DNA from: a virus
Lineage: Duplodnaviria > Caudoviricetes
DNA length: 64,000 bases
Direction: 5' to 3' (one strand)
Virus record (IMG/VR): IMGVR_UViG_3300045526_000235
Coordinates: 1 to 64,000 of that record
Part shown: one piece after another, positions 25,411 through 32,887 of the stretch
Position numbering within the stretch: position 1 is the first letter of the stretch
How the letters are laid out: each line of letters begins with the position of its first letter
Made by a program: the position numbers and the translations under genes
Notes under the pieces: generated by a model
Told to the model about the DNA's origin: nothing
Databases searched by the model: none
Seen by the model: only the letters and a program-made list of their open reading frames with translations

Positions 25411-25680
25411 TCACATTTGGTCGCAGATGCCAGCCAGGATGCGTCCCGTGTAGTCCTTCACTGCCAGCAGATGGCCAAGAGCCTCTCTGCGCTCGTCACG
25501 AGCCTGATAGTAGGCGTCAGCGCTTTGCGGATAGAAATCGCGTCCGTTGCACGTTGCATCGCCCAAGGCGCGAATGGCTTTGTCGATGGCATCGTAGGCA
25601 GCAGCGTATTCATCGCGCAGGGAAGCGCCGCCAGTGCCGTTCAGGTGGACAGTGGGGATGGCCGGGTTGGAAAGGGTCAT
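25411..25680 (-). CDS. conserved phage hypothetical protein
   Basis: PTVHLNGTG...NGRDFYPQ motif family. Confidence 0.7.
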   Translation of the reverse strand: MTLSNPAIPTVHLNGTGGASLRDEYAAAYDAIDKAIRALGDATCNGRDFYPQSADAYYQARDERREALGHLLAVKDYTGRILAGICDQM

Positions 25681-25719
25681 GGCTTGAAAGAACAGAGAGT
25701 TGGTCGCCCAACAAGAAGA

Positions 25720-26004
25720 CTATACAGGATCGTCAGCGCAAGCAGAGGCAGAGTCGGGGGCAGGGTCAGGGGCAGGGTCGAGCATGATCCAGCTTGTGTA
25801 GTGCCACGAACGTTTATCAAGGCGAATGTAGCCTTTTTCTGCTAAACGCTCAACGGCTTGAATGTAGTCGGGCATTCTGGAGCTTTGCAAAGGCAGTCTT
25901 GGAACAAAACAAGGTTGCTTGCCGTGCTTTTTACGATGGTGAAGAAAATAAAGATAGAGATTGCGTTGGTTGAGAGAAAGTCCGTTTGTTGCAGGCATAA
26001 TCAA
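25720..26004 (-). CDS. possible winged-helix DNA-binding protein
   Basis: LSLNQRNLYLYF...AVERLAEKGYIRL. Confidence 0.45.
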   Translation of the reverse strand: MIMPATNGLSLNQRNLYLYFLHHRKKHGKQPCFVPRLPLQSSRMPDYIQAVERLAEKGYIRLDKRSWHYTSWIMLDPAPDPAPDSASACADDPV

Positions 26005-26402
26005 AGTGGAATGTTTGTCGTAGGAGCAACACCTTGCCAGCGTGCTTTCATGCTGGCAATAGTTTCTTCTGGCACATCATGAAGCGATTTCCATGAGCCT
26101 TTTGCTTCAATCAACATGCAAGGCAATTGGAGCTCCTTCACCATGTTGAAATAGGGCTGCAATTCCCATAACTCCACGAAAGTGTTGGCTACCACCACTC
26201 TCTTGCCTTTCTTAAGAGCATCGAGAGTACGAAATTGGCACCATGAATGGGCAGCAGGAAGAAGATGAGGCGCGAAAGTGTATTTGTCACCTTCCATGAA
26301 AAACATATCAGCTTCCCAATGTTCATCGGCAACTGTGCCAAGCATTGCTTTCGCGAGAGTGGACTTGCCTGAACCAGGAAGCCCTCGGATGAGAATGAGC
26401 AT
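26001..26402 (-). CDS. P-loop kinase (AAA_33 / polynucleotide-kinase-like)
   Basis: LILIRGLPGSGKSTLAK, EADMFF, VVVANTF and HDVPEETI motifs. Confidence 0.85.
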   Translation of the reverse strand: MLILIRGLPGSGKSTLAKAMLGTVADEHWEADMFFMEGDKYTFAPHLLPAAHSWCQFRTLDALKKGKRVVVANTFVELWELQPYFNMVKELQLPCMLIEAKGSWKSLHDVPEETIASMKARWQGVAPTTNIPL

Positions 26403-26407
26403 GGCAG

Positions 26408-26596
26408 TCACCAGCACTGAGAGCAGCTAACACGAACGACAGCTCCTTCCAGACCATCGAGAGAACGTGCCAGGCGGAAAGCATCACGTTCGGCAGTGGA
26501 GCTGTTGAAACGCTCCACGACAACACTTTGCCAGGGAGCATCTACAGGCTCCATGGTCACCTTGTATTCGATGAAAGCAGATGGTTGGGAGAGCAT
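26408..26596 (-). CDS. hypothetical protein
   Basis: 62 aa, ACCATG leader, downstream of a promoter. Confidence 0.5.
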   Translation of the reverse strand: MLSQPSAFIEYKVTMEPVDAPWQSVVVERFNSSTAERDAFRLARSLDGLEGAVVRVSCSQCW

Positions 26597-26632
26597 GGTG
26601 GTAAAGCAGGGAGGCTCGCGCCTCGTGAAATA

Positions 26633-26685
26633 ACAATAAGATCAAAAGGGGCCGTTGCCAGCCCCGTGTAACAATCGTTAACAAT
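26633..26685 (-). promoter_or_regulatory. promoter (-10 TATTGT, weak -35) with upstream 10-bp-period direct repeat
   Basis: Shares TTTTGATCT with the other early promoters; GTAACAAT-cg-TTAACAAT at 26668-26685. Confidence 0.5.
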
Positions 26686-27689
26686 CAGGCCAGGGCCAGA
26701 GCGTGAGCCTTGTTCAGCGTGGCTGCAGCAGTGCCCCAGTAGAGGCTTTCCAGGCGACGGCGAGCGGTGTCAATGTTGTCTGCATCGCCACGACCAGCTT
26801 CGTGCGTGAGGAATTCAGTGACCGTGTTGTACGCGCCCCACATGGTGCCTTGCACGCCTTTGATGTCGAAACCAATGCCATCACCAGCGAATTTGTTGGC
26901 GAGAGAGTCCCACTGAGGAAGGTCTGCAATGGTCTTGGGACGTGCAGTGGTTTTATCACCACGCTTGTCGTTGATGGTGCCTGCCAATTGGTCTGCAAAC
27001 ACTTGCTGGCAATACTGCTTGAACATTTCAGAAGTGCAGGGCTTGGCAGCCATTGCCTGGAGCTCTTCAATGGTGGCAGTGAATTGCTGCCGCTTCATAT
27101 CAATGATCTCGGGAAGACGATCAATGAGAGAGTTAGCATTGGCAGTGTGACGAATGCTCATGCGCTTGTTAGCACCAGCGCGAGCAGCGTGATTGAGCGT
27201 AGCCGAGAGTGTGTTCATGCACACCACGCGAATAGGCGAGAAGATGGCTTGGAAAGCAATGGTGCCATCGTGGCTAGTGGTGCCGACGAAATATTGGTTA
27301 ATTTCATCGCCTTTCACCACTTCGCCTTCTGCATTGTTAATGCGAGCAGTGAATGCCACTTTTCTACCTTCCTGCAGAACCACCACGGCATCCATGGAGG
27401 CATCTTCATGCAGGGCCTCGGCCAGGCGGATGAGCTGCTCGTTTTGAACGATGGTGTAGGAATCCTTTTGAACGCTGAGAACAGTGCCGTTGTCGCCGCG
27501 AGAAATGGCCTGATAGCCCTCGATGGGAGCGCCAGTGGGATCGAAGATGGGAGTGCCAACTACATCCCAGTCGGCATCGGCCAGGCGGAATGCTTCGCGA
27601 GCGGGCAGCGTGCCATCGAGGACAGTGCCGAGCTTGTGCCATGCGGCCTTGCCGTTGAAGAAAGCGCCGGAGGTGAATTGGTGAGCCAT
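26685..27689 (-). CDS. DUF932 domain protein (TIGR03299 family)
   Basis: AWHKLGTVL, YTIVQNEQL, GRKVAF, SHDGT, TPIRVVCMNT-like SPIRVVCMNTL and GTMWGAYNTVTEF motifs. Confidence 0.9.
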   Translation of the reverse strand: MAHQFTSGAFFNGKAAWHKLGTVLDGTLPAREAFRLADADWDVVGTPIFDPTGAPIEGYQAISRGDNGTVLSVQKDSYTIVQNEQLIRLAEALHEDASMDAVVVLQEGRKVAFTARINNAEGEVVKGDEINQYFVGTTSHDGTIAFQAIFSPIRVVCMNTLSATLNHAARAGANKRMSIRHTANANSLIDRLPEIIDMKRQQFTATIEELQAMAAKPCTSEMFKQYCQQVFADQLAGTINDKRGDKTTARPKTIADLPQWDSLANKFAGDGIGFDIKGVQGTMWGAYNTVTEFLTHEAGRGDADNIDTARRRLESLYWGTAAATLNKAHALALA

Positions 27690-27730
27690 GGTTTGGAAGC
27701 AGGGGGCAGTCGCTGCCCTTGACGAGATAA

Positions 27731-27782
27731 AAATTAGATCAAAACGGAGCGGGGGTCAAGCCCTGTTACAAAACGAAACAAA
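27731..27782 (-). promoter_or_regulatory. sigma70-type early promoter with HLR1-like site
   Basis: TTGACC-N17-TAATTT (27759-27731); GTTACAAA-ac-GAAACAAA at 27765-27782. Confidence 0.75.
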
Positions 27783-27802
27783 GGGGCCTTGCGGCCCCTG
27801 GA

Positions 27803-27994
27803 TCAAGACGAAAGCAAGCGTCGGATGTTGCCTTCAATATTGTGCAACAAATGCCTATCCATACTGCTCTTGCTAGTCACAAGAATCTTGCCAGATGGAT
27901 GTTTGAAGATGTAGTGCTTTGTCTCACGATGAAGAACAAAGCCATACTTCTTGGCTAATGCTATTACTGCTCGTCTATTGTCTTTCAGCGCCAT
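27803..27994 (-). CDS. HicA-like small protein
   Basis: AKKYGFVLHRETKHYIFKHPSGKILVT matches the HicA dsRBD-like fold pattern. Confidence 0.55.
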   Translation of the reverse strand: MALKDNRRAVIALAKKYGFVLHRETKHYIFKHPSGKILVTSKSSMDRHLLHNIEGNIRRLLSS

Positions 27995-28260
27995 TAGAGC
28001 ACGCGCCAGATGTCATCTTTCAATGCGTCTGATAATGAACGAAGACAGTCTTTAGTGTATTTCTTGCCTTTGCCTTCCATCATTCTTGCCCAGTCTCGCT
28101 GGGAGAGCTTTTCAGGGGCGGTAGAAATGTGGCGAAGAAGAAGATTCCGAGCAACAGAGCGGTCCGCATTGTTATAAGAAGTCCAGGAGAAACCAATAGC
28201 GTTGGTGACCATCTTAGCGATGGCGTGTTGAGTCTTAGTCAGAGAAACTTTGCAAGTCAT
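27994..28260 (-). CDS. hypothetical protein
   Basis: ATG at 28260 overlaps the stop of the SWIM gene. Confidence 0.55.
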   Translation of the reverse strand: MTCKVSLTKTQHAIAKMVTNAIGFSWTSYNNADRSVARNLLLRHISTAPEKLSQRDWARMMEGKGKKYTKDCLRSLSDALKDDIWRVL

Positions 28261-28673
28261 TTTACTTTCTCCTGCCACATTGTTGCGGCAATAATGTGCT
28301 TGCATTGAATGGCATCAGCAGCAATGCCGCGTTCATGCTGGAAATAGGCATCAGCACAAGTGCAGGAATAGTATCCAGGCTTGTTGGTATTCATTGCATG
28401 TTGAATGACAATGTGGTGATCGCTTTCAGTGTGAGGATCAAACACAAGCCAAGAATGCTCGCCATTCTTCTGTGCAATGCAACCACGAGCGCGAGAACGA
28501 CGTTGTGCAATCTCCCATGCATCGAAATAGTATTTGCGAGAGATAAAGCGTGGTCCTTTGTTAGTACGAATGAGAACGACGTGCTGCAGAACACTTAGCA
28601 CTTTCATGCCGAGTTGTTCTTGAGCTTTTTGTGTGATGCGGAAGTGGCCAGAGGGCTTGGTAGCGGTTGTCAT
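28257..28673 (-). CDS. SWIM zinc-finger protein
   Basis: YYSCTCADAYFQ...CKHIIAA (CxC...CxH). Confidence 0.8.
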   Translation of the reverse strand: MTTATKPSGHFRITQKAQEQLGMKVLSVLQHVVLIRTNKGPRFISRKYYFDAWEIAQRRSRARGCIAQKNGEHSWLVFDPHTESDHHIVIQHAMNTNKPGYYSCTCADAYFQHERGIAADAIQCKHIIAATMWQEKVK

Positions 28674-28746
28674 GAGGGAGCTGTCGCCAGCGAGAACAGA
28701 GGAAGAAAGAGAGCCCCAAGCAGGGCTCTGCAGACATTCCGAGGGA

Positions 28747-28800
28747 AGCGTACCAACAAAAAAGCCCCCGGTCAAGGGGGCGTGTTACGTTTTAGTGACA
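28747..28800 (-). promoter_or_regulatory. sigma70-type promoter
   Basis: TTGACC-N17-TACGCT; TGTTA-N8-TGACA dyad just upstream. Confidence 0.6.
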
Positions 28801-28804
28801 AAGC

Positions 28805-28981
28805 TCAAGGGAGGGGCTTTACAGGGAAGCCGTTAGCAATGCGACAGTAGCGAGAGGGGTGGATCTTGACGCATTCTGCCAAGCCTTCGTAGTCAGGGCC
28901 GATTTGTGGAGCTGCAGCGATGGTGAATGCTCCGAGGCCAAAAACAGTGGAGACAATGACAAATGAAGCAAGGTCTTTCAT
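28805..28981 (-). CDS. small secreted or membrane protein (58 aa)
   Basis: Hand translation [25 protein letters not shown]...[17 protein letters not shown]; ATGA-coupled to rlpA. Confidence 0.55.
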   Translation of the reverse strand: MKDLASFVIVSTVFGLGAFTIAAAPQIGPDYEGLAECVKIHPSRYCRIANGFPVKPLP

Positions 28982-29337
28982 AGCCGAGAAATGCAGATGG
29001 ACGCTTCACCTTGAGACGGAGATGCGATGCGCGAGAAACTGCCGTAGGACAAATCAAGGATGCGCCCACCAGCGTAGGGACCTCTATCTGTGATCGTCAC
29101 TGCCACTTCCTTTCCATTGTTGCGATTCTTTACAAGCACTTTCGTGCCAAATGGAAGATAGGGGTGGGCAGCAGTTAGGGCGTAAGCATTGAAGCGAGAG
29201 CCGTTTGCTGCAATGCGACCGTGATAACCATCGCCAATGCCGTAGTGCGAGGCGTAGCCGCATTGAAGCGTTGCCGCTTGACTCGGGAAGATAGTGGAGC
29301 CAAGAAGCAGGAGAGAAGATAAAAAGCGTTTCATCAA
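28978..29337 (-). CDS. rlpA: RlpA-like (DPBB) lytic transglycosylase with signal peptide
   Basis: GYASHYG...[36 protein letters not shown]. Confidence 0.9.
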   Translation of the reverse strand: MMKRFLSSLLLLGSTIFPSQAATLQCGYASHYGIGDGYHGRIAANGSRFNAYALTAAHPYLPFGTKVLVKNRNNGKEVAVTITDRGPYAGGRILDLSYGSFSRIASPSQGEASICISRL

Positions 29338-29446
29338 GAAGGAGAGAGAGCTAGCAGGGCTGCAACCATCTCTGGATGCAGTCTCCCCATTGTGCCATGG
29401 TTGTCAAGGACGTTGTGGAACGGACCGGGCATGGTAGGATTGCAAA

Positions 29447-29656
29447 GCACTCGGTCCTGGTGGCTTAATTGCTGCCCTCGTCTTCGGGCGAGCCGTGAGG
29501 GTGGACGCTTCGGGCGATGCGGGCGAAGCCGTATGGCTTAGCCAAGGAGGTTCTACATGGTTGCTCCTGCAGGGCGCATTGCCTCCCCGTGAAGCCTTGG
29601 GGAAAACGAGGTATCGGAGGGTGTAGAGAGAGGGGGCCGTATGGCCCCTTTTCTTT
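29447..29656 (+). ncRNA. candidate structured ncRNA (~210 nt)
   Basis: GC-rich ORF-free gap; extended -10 TGgTAGGAT at 29432-29440; cUUCGg hairpin; terminator GGGGCC-gtat-GGCCCC-TTTTCTTTT. Confidence 0.45.
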
Positions 29657-29744
29657 TGCCAGGCCGCTGTTGCACAGCGGGGAGTTTGTGCAACAAGCTC
29701 CGTTACAAAGTCAGCTAGGCTCAATACAGAGCTAGCTAGTTCCA

Positions 29745-29909
29745 ATGAAGCTTTCAGCAGAGCAAGAGAAAAAGCGTTTAGCTAAATGGTTAAGGGAAGG
29801 AGAAGTTTATGATCCGCGTAATGAAGAAGATTTTGACACTTATAACTATGGAACAGAGCCCATCCCTGGTGATCGCACCTGGGCTATGCACAATGACAAC
29901 GTGGCTTAG
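29745..29909 (+). CDS. small acidic protein (54 aa)
   Basis: Hand translation MKLSAEQEKKRLAKWLREGEVYDPRNEEDFDTYNYGTEPIPGD... Confidence 0.5.
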   Translation: MKLSAEQEKKRLAKWLREGEVYDPRNEEDFDTYNYGTEPIPGDRTWAMHNDNVA

Positions 29910-30217
29910 TTTCCTCGGAACCAGCGTTGCTTGTTTTGAAACCATTCTGCCAGCGTGATGGGATCTTGCGGGCCTGATAGATGGTTGCTTGGATCTGGGT
30001 CGCCAAGGTTTAATGCTTGACAAAAGCCATCAAGACTATCTTGAGGAGCGCTGCCATTAATAGCAATAGAACGAGCATGTTTTAAACGATCGTCTACGGA
30101 AGGATTGTGAGCAGCAAGCTTTTGCAACCAAGTGATGTCTTGCAATTCCACTGACGCGCCATTTGCAATGCGAGAGCAAATAAATTCCACGCGTTGACGC
30201 ATATCAGTGGAAAGCAT
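29906..30217 (-). CDS. conserved cyanophage-type hypothetical protein
   Basis: MLST..R.R.E.IC..I..G..V.L.D..W..KLA...LGDPDPSNH. Confidence 0.75.
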   Translation of the reverse strand: MLSTDMRQRVEFICSRIANGASVELQDITWLQKLAAHNPSVDDRLKHARSIAINGSAPQDSLDGFCQALNLGDPDPSNHLSGPQDPITLAEWFQNKQRWFRGN

Positions 30218-30268
30218 ATTATTGTTGCAAGACGATCATAATTCTAGGCAAAGGCAATAAAAAAGGCC

Positions 30269-30511
30269 CTATTGGGCCTCTAGCTCGGCAGCGATGGCGA
30301 GGAGATCATCCACGTCGATCATTAGCGCGTAGGAGGCTCCACCGCAGGTCTCATACTCATCGCTGTAAATGTGGAGCGCAGCAGCACGCAGGGCGGCGAC
30401 GACCGATGCGCGGTCCAGCGCCCACAAGTTGTCATCCTTGGGGATGGACTTGTCATAGGTAGCCAGCGCGGCGTCACGCACCGCCTGCGCGGCGGGGGAG
30501 AGTTCAGCCAT
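30269..30511 (-). CDS. LSPAA/AAALRAAA/ELE paralogue 5
   Basis: MAELSPAAQAV...AALRAAA...LLAIAAELEAQ. Confidence 0.75.
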   Translation of the reverse strand: MAELSPAAQAVRDAALATYDKSIPKDDNLWALDRASVVAALRAAALHIYSDEYETCGGASYALMIDVDDLLAIAAELEAQ

Positions 30512-30701
30512 TGATGCCCTCCAGCTCGTTCACGATGTCGAGCAAGTCCTGGCGAATGCCATCAGCGCCCTTGATGCGCACGGCCAGAGCGGTCAGCGCA
30601 GCGGCTAGGCAGGCATCGACGTGCTCGCCTGGGCCGAGTAACATGTATCGCTCGTTAAATGCCTCCACGATGGCGCGGGCGGCGGGTGAAAGATCGGTCA
30701 T
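30504..30701 (-). CDS. LSPAA/AAALRAAA/ELE paralogue 4
   Basis: MTDLSPAARAI...AAALTALA...LLDIVNELEG. Confidence 0.75.
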   Translation of the reverse strand: MTDLSPAARAIVEAFNERYMLLGPGEHVDACLAAALTALAVRIKGADGIRQDLLDIVNELEGING

Positions 30702-30904
30702 AGGTTGCAGCGGTAGGTGCCGTACTTAATGCCTTCGAGTTCGTCGGCAAGGGCGTGAAGCGTGGAGGCTGATTGGGGGTGACAGAGTTGTTTTGCAGCA
30801 GCACGCAGGGCGGCTGCAAGGCCAAGACGAGGTGGCCCGTGTTCTTCAACGACTTCGCAAAACCTGCACCAAACACTGAGCGCGGCAGGTGAGAGGTCAG
30901 CCAT
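30698..30904 (-). CDS. LSPAA/AAALRAAA/ELE paralogue 3
   Basis: MADLSPAALSV...LAAALRAAA...LHALADELEG (ATG 30904). Confidence 0.75.
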   Translation of the reverse strand: MADLSPAALSVWCRFCEVVEEHGPPRLGLAAALRAAAKQLCHPQSASTLHALADELEGIKYGTYRCNL

Positions 30905-31133
30905 CGACACCCTCCAGCTCGGCGGCGATGACGTACAGCGCCCAGTGAGTTGCACCTTCGGCGCATTGATCTGCGGCAGCCCTTAGGGCGGCAGCAAGAC
31001 CACGACGATGAACACAGACGTAGCACCCATTCCAATCTTGGTCATTGGGGTGGCAACCCCGTTCTTCGCGTAGGCAGCGAGACTTTGCCTCGGCAATCAG
31101 TACTGCCTGCGCCTGTGGCGAAAGGTCAGTCAT
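30897..31133 (-). CDS. LSPAA/AAALRAAA/ELE paralogue 2
   Basis: MTDLSPQAQAV...LAAALRAAA...LYVIAAELEG. Confidence 0.75.
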   Translation of the reverse strand: MTDLSPQAQAVLIAEAKSRCLREERGCHPNDQDWNGCYVCVHRRGLAAALRAAADQCAEGATHWALYVIAAELEGVDG

Positions 31134-31380
31134 CACTCCCCTCCAGCTCGGCGGCGATGGCGAGGAGGCTCAACCTGATCTCGACCATCTTCTGCAACGG
31201 CAAGGCGTGGTTGCGGTCGAAGAACTCCTCTTCAAGTGCCGGCGATACCACCTGATCCGCAGCAGCACGCAGGGCGGCGGCGATCATGCGACGACGCTGA
31301 ATGATTTCTTCATTGAATAAACCGTGGTGGATGCAGGCTGCTTTCAGCACTGCGCGGGCGGCGGGGGAGAGGTCAGTCAT
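31126..31380 (-). CDS. LSPAA/AAALRAAA/ELE paralogue 1
   Basis: MTDLSPAARAV...IAAALRAAA...LLAIAAELEG (ATG 31380). Confidence 0.75.
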   Translation of the reverse strand: MTDLSPAARAVLKAACIHHGLFNEEIIQRRRMIAAALRAAADQVVSPALEEEFFDRNHALPLQKMVEIRLSLLAIAAELEGSDD

Positions 31381-31738
31381 CGAGTTGCTCCAGGGCGCGG
31401 CGGATGGTGTCGAGTGCTGAAACACGCACTCCTGACTCGGGGCTAATAGAAATTAGGCTCAGTTCTTCCAGCGCCTGCTCCTTCAAGCTCGGCGGCTTGG
31501 AGCGGAGGTAGTTATACATCTCGGTCACATCTTCCTCTTCCCATGCAGCGCATCGCTCAAGGTAGTTTCCGCAAGCCAGCAGCTCCTGATCGGCGCCCCA
31601 TTGGGCGGCTTGGGTGGCGATGTGCAGCGGCAGTTTCCCAGGCGCTGAACCTGGCACGCCCTCCAGACCGTAGACCTCTTGTACCCACTGCTGCACCAGC
31701 TCCGGCGGCGGAGTGATCGGGGAAAATTGATCAGTCAT
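31373..31738 (-). CDS. cyanophage-type hypothetical protein
   Basis: ITPPPELVQQW...AAQWGADQELLAC...PPSLKEQALEEL...IRRALEQL. Confidence 0.7.
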   Translation of the reverse strand: MTDQFSPITPPPELVQQWVQEVYGLEGVPGSAPGKLPLHIATQAAQWGADQELLACGNYLERCAAWEEEDVTEMYNYLRSKPPSLKEQALEELSLISISPESGVRVSALDTIRRALEQLDD

Positions 31739-31902
31739 TAAATACTTGTTGCGGCTTTATAAAGCTGAGCATAAAGCTCCTCTTGACGCTCTCGCCAATA
31801 ACCAAGCCTGTTCTCAAGCTGTTGCAATGAAAGGAAGCGTTGGCGGCGTGATTCCCTGTCCCAGTCAAGCTCAGGATCATTCTCAAACATTGGCTCATTC
31901 AC
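31732..31902 (-). CDS. small hypothetical protein (~56 aa)
   Basis: Hand translation (V/M)NEPMFENDPELDWDRESRRQRFL...; overlaps both neighbours. Confidence 0.45.
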
Positions 31903-32251
31903 CATCGTCATGATTAGCCTCCTGCAATGCAGAAATGATGGTTTCTTTTAAGCTTTCAGCACGAACGAACAACCCTCCATTGCCATCTCTGTATTCGGGA
32001 TGGGCGGCTTCAAAGCGATTCAATGCGCCATACAAAGTACTGTCAACAATGCGTTGGATGTTGCGAACGTCTCCGCTAGAAAGACTGTCAAAAGTGCTGC
32101 GATCTCCATACATTCGTTTTGCTACGCCTTCCATTAATGAAATGTAGGTAGCAGATAAATCGCGATAACTTAGCCAGAATTCTTTTGCATGAGAACTAAG
32201 CTTTTCGCCTTCTGCAGGCGTGTCTTTGAACTGAGGAATGTCCATGGTCAA
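31895..32251 (-). CDS. hypothetical protein
   Basis: 118 aa, coupled to neighbours. Confidence 0.6.
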   Translation of the reverse strand: MTMDIPQFKDTPAEGEKLSSHAKEFWLSYRDLSATYISLMEGVAKRMYGDRSTFDSLSSGDVRNIQRIVDSTLYGALNRFEAAHPEYRDGNGGLFVRAESLKETIISALQEANHDDGE

Positions 32252-32466
32252 GAAGGAATAGGAGAGGGAATTAGCTTGTACAGAGCCGTGTTATAAACAG
32301 CTTTTTTATGATGGTGATAATCTCTGCTTTGTTCCATTGCTTCTCTTAAATCAGTGAACAATAGTTCAACGGCATCATCGTCAAAATATTCTTCCATTGC
32401 ATTAATGAGCCGCTCACGACGTTGCTTTTGATAGTCGTAGTCAATTTTCATTGTTGCGTTAGTCAT
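32248..32466 (-). CDS. hypothetical protein
   Basis: 72 aa, ATGA overlaps. Confidence 0.6.
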   Translation of the reverse strand: MTNATMKIDYDYQKQRRERLINAMEEYFDDDAVELLFTDLREAMEQSRDYHHHKKAVYNTALYKLIPSPIPS

Positions 32467-32798
32467 TTGATTTCTCCGGCACTCATTGCTTTTGCGTAGG
32501 CAAACAAATATTCTTCCAGATCGGCACCAGTGGGTGCGCTAGCAACAAAATCTTCATGCTGTCGTTTATGAATGTGCAATGCTGCCTTTAATGTGCAAAT
32601 GATGCGCTGCAGGCCATCACGTTGAATGTAATTAGGCTCCTCATCGTAAGCCTTTTCAAGAGTTTGAACAAACTCCCGCACTTCAGGAACAGACAGATGC
32701 CATTGAACGACTGGTTTGCCAGCAGTCATGATCATTTCATCGTGATCATTGAAAGCTGATATGGGATCAGTTGGAAGAATGCGAGTGAATTGCGCCAT
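32463..32798 (-). CDS. hypothetical protein
   Basis: 111 aa, ACCATG leader, downstream of a promoter. Confidence 0.6.
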   Translation of the reverse strand: MAQFTRILPTDPISAFNDHDEMIMTAGKPVVQWHLSVPEVREFVQTLEKAYDEEPNYIQRDGLQRIICTLKAALHIHKRQHEDFVASAPTGADLEEYLFAYAKAMSAGEIK

Positions 32799-32836
32799 GG
32801 TTTAAAAAGCAAAGGACAGGCTCTCGCCTGTCCTGC

Positions 32837-32886
32837 ACTATCAACCATTTCCCGGCCAGGGTCAACGATTGTTAACGTTTCGTAAC
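32837..32886 (-). promoter_or_regulatory. sigma70-type promoter with HLR1-like site
   Basis: TTGACC-N17-GATAGT; GTTACGAA-ac-GTTAACAA (minus strand) immediately upstream of the -35. Confidence 0.6.
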
Positions 32887-32887
32887 A

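Noticed and set aside
29520-29570. Group II intron
   Set aside because: Only a loose domain-5-like resemblance; no GUGYG 5' end, no domains 1-4 or 6, no RT and no interrupted gene
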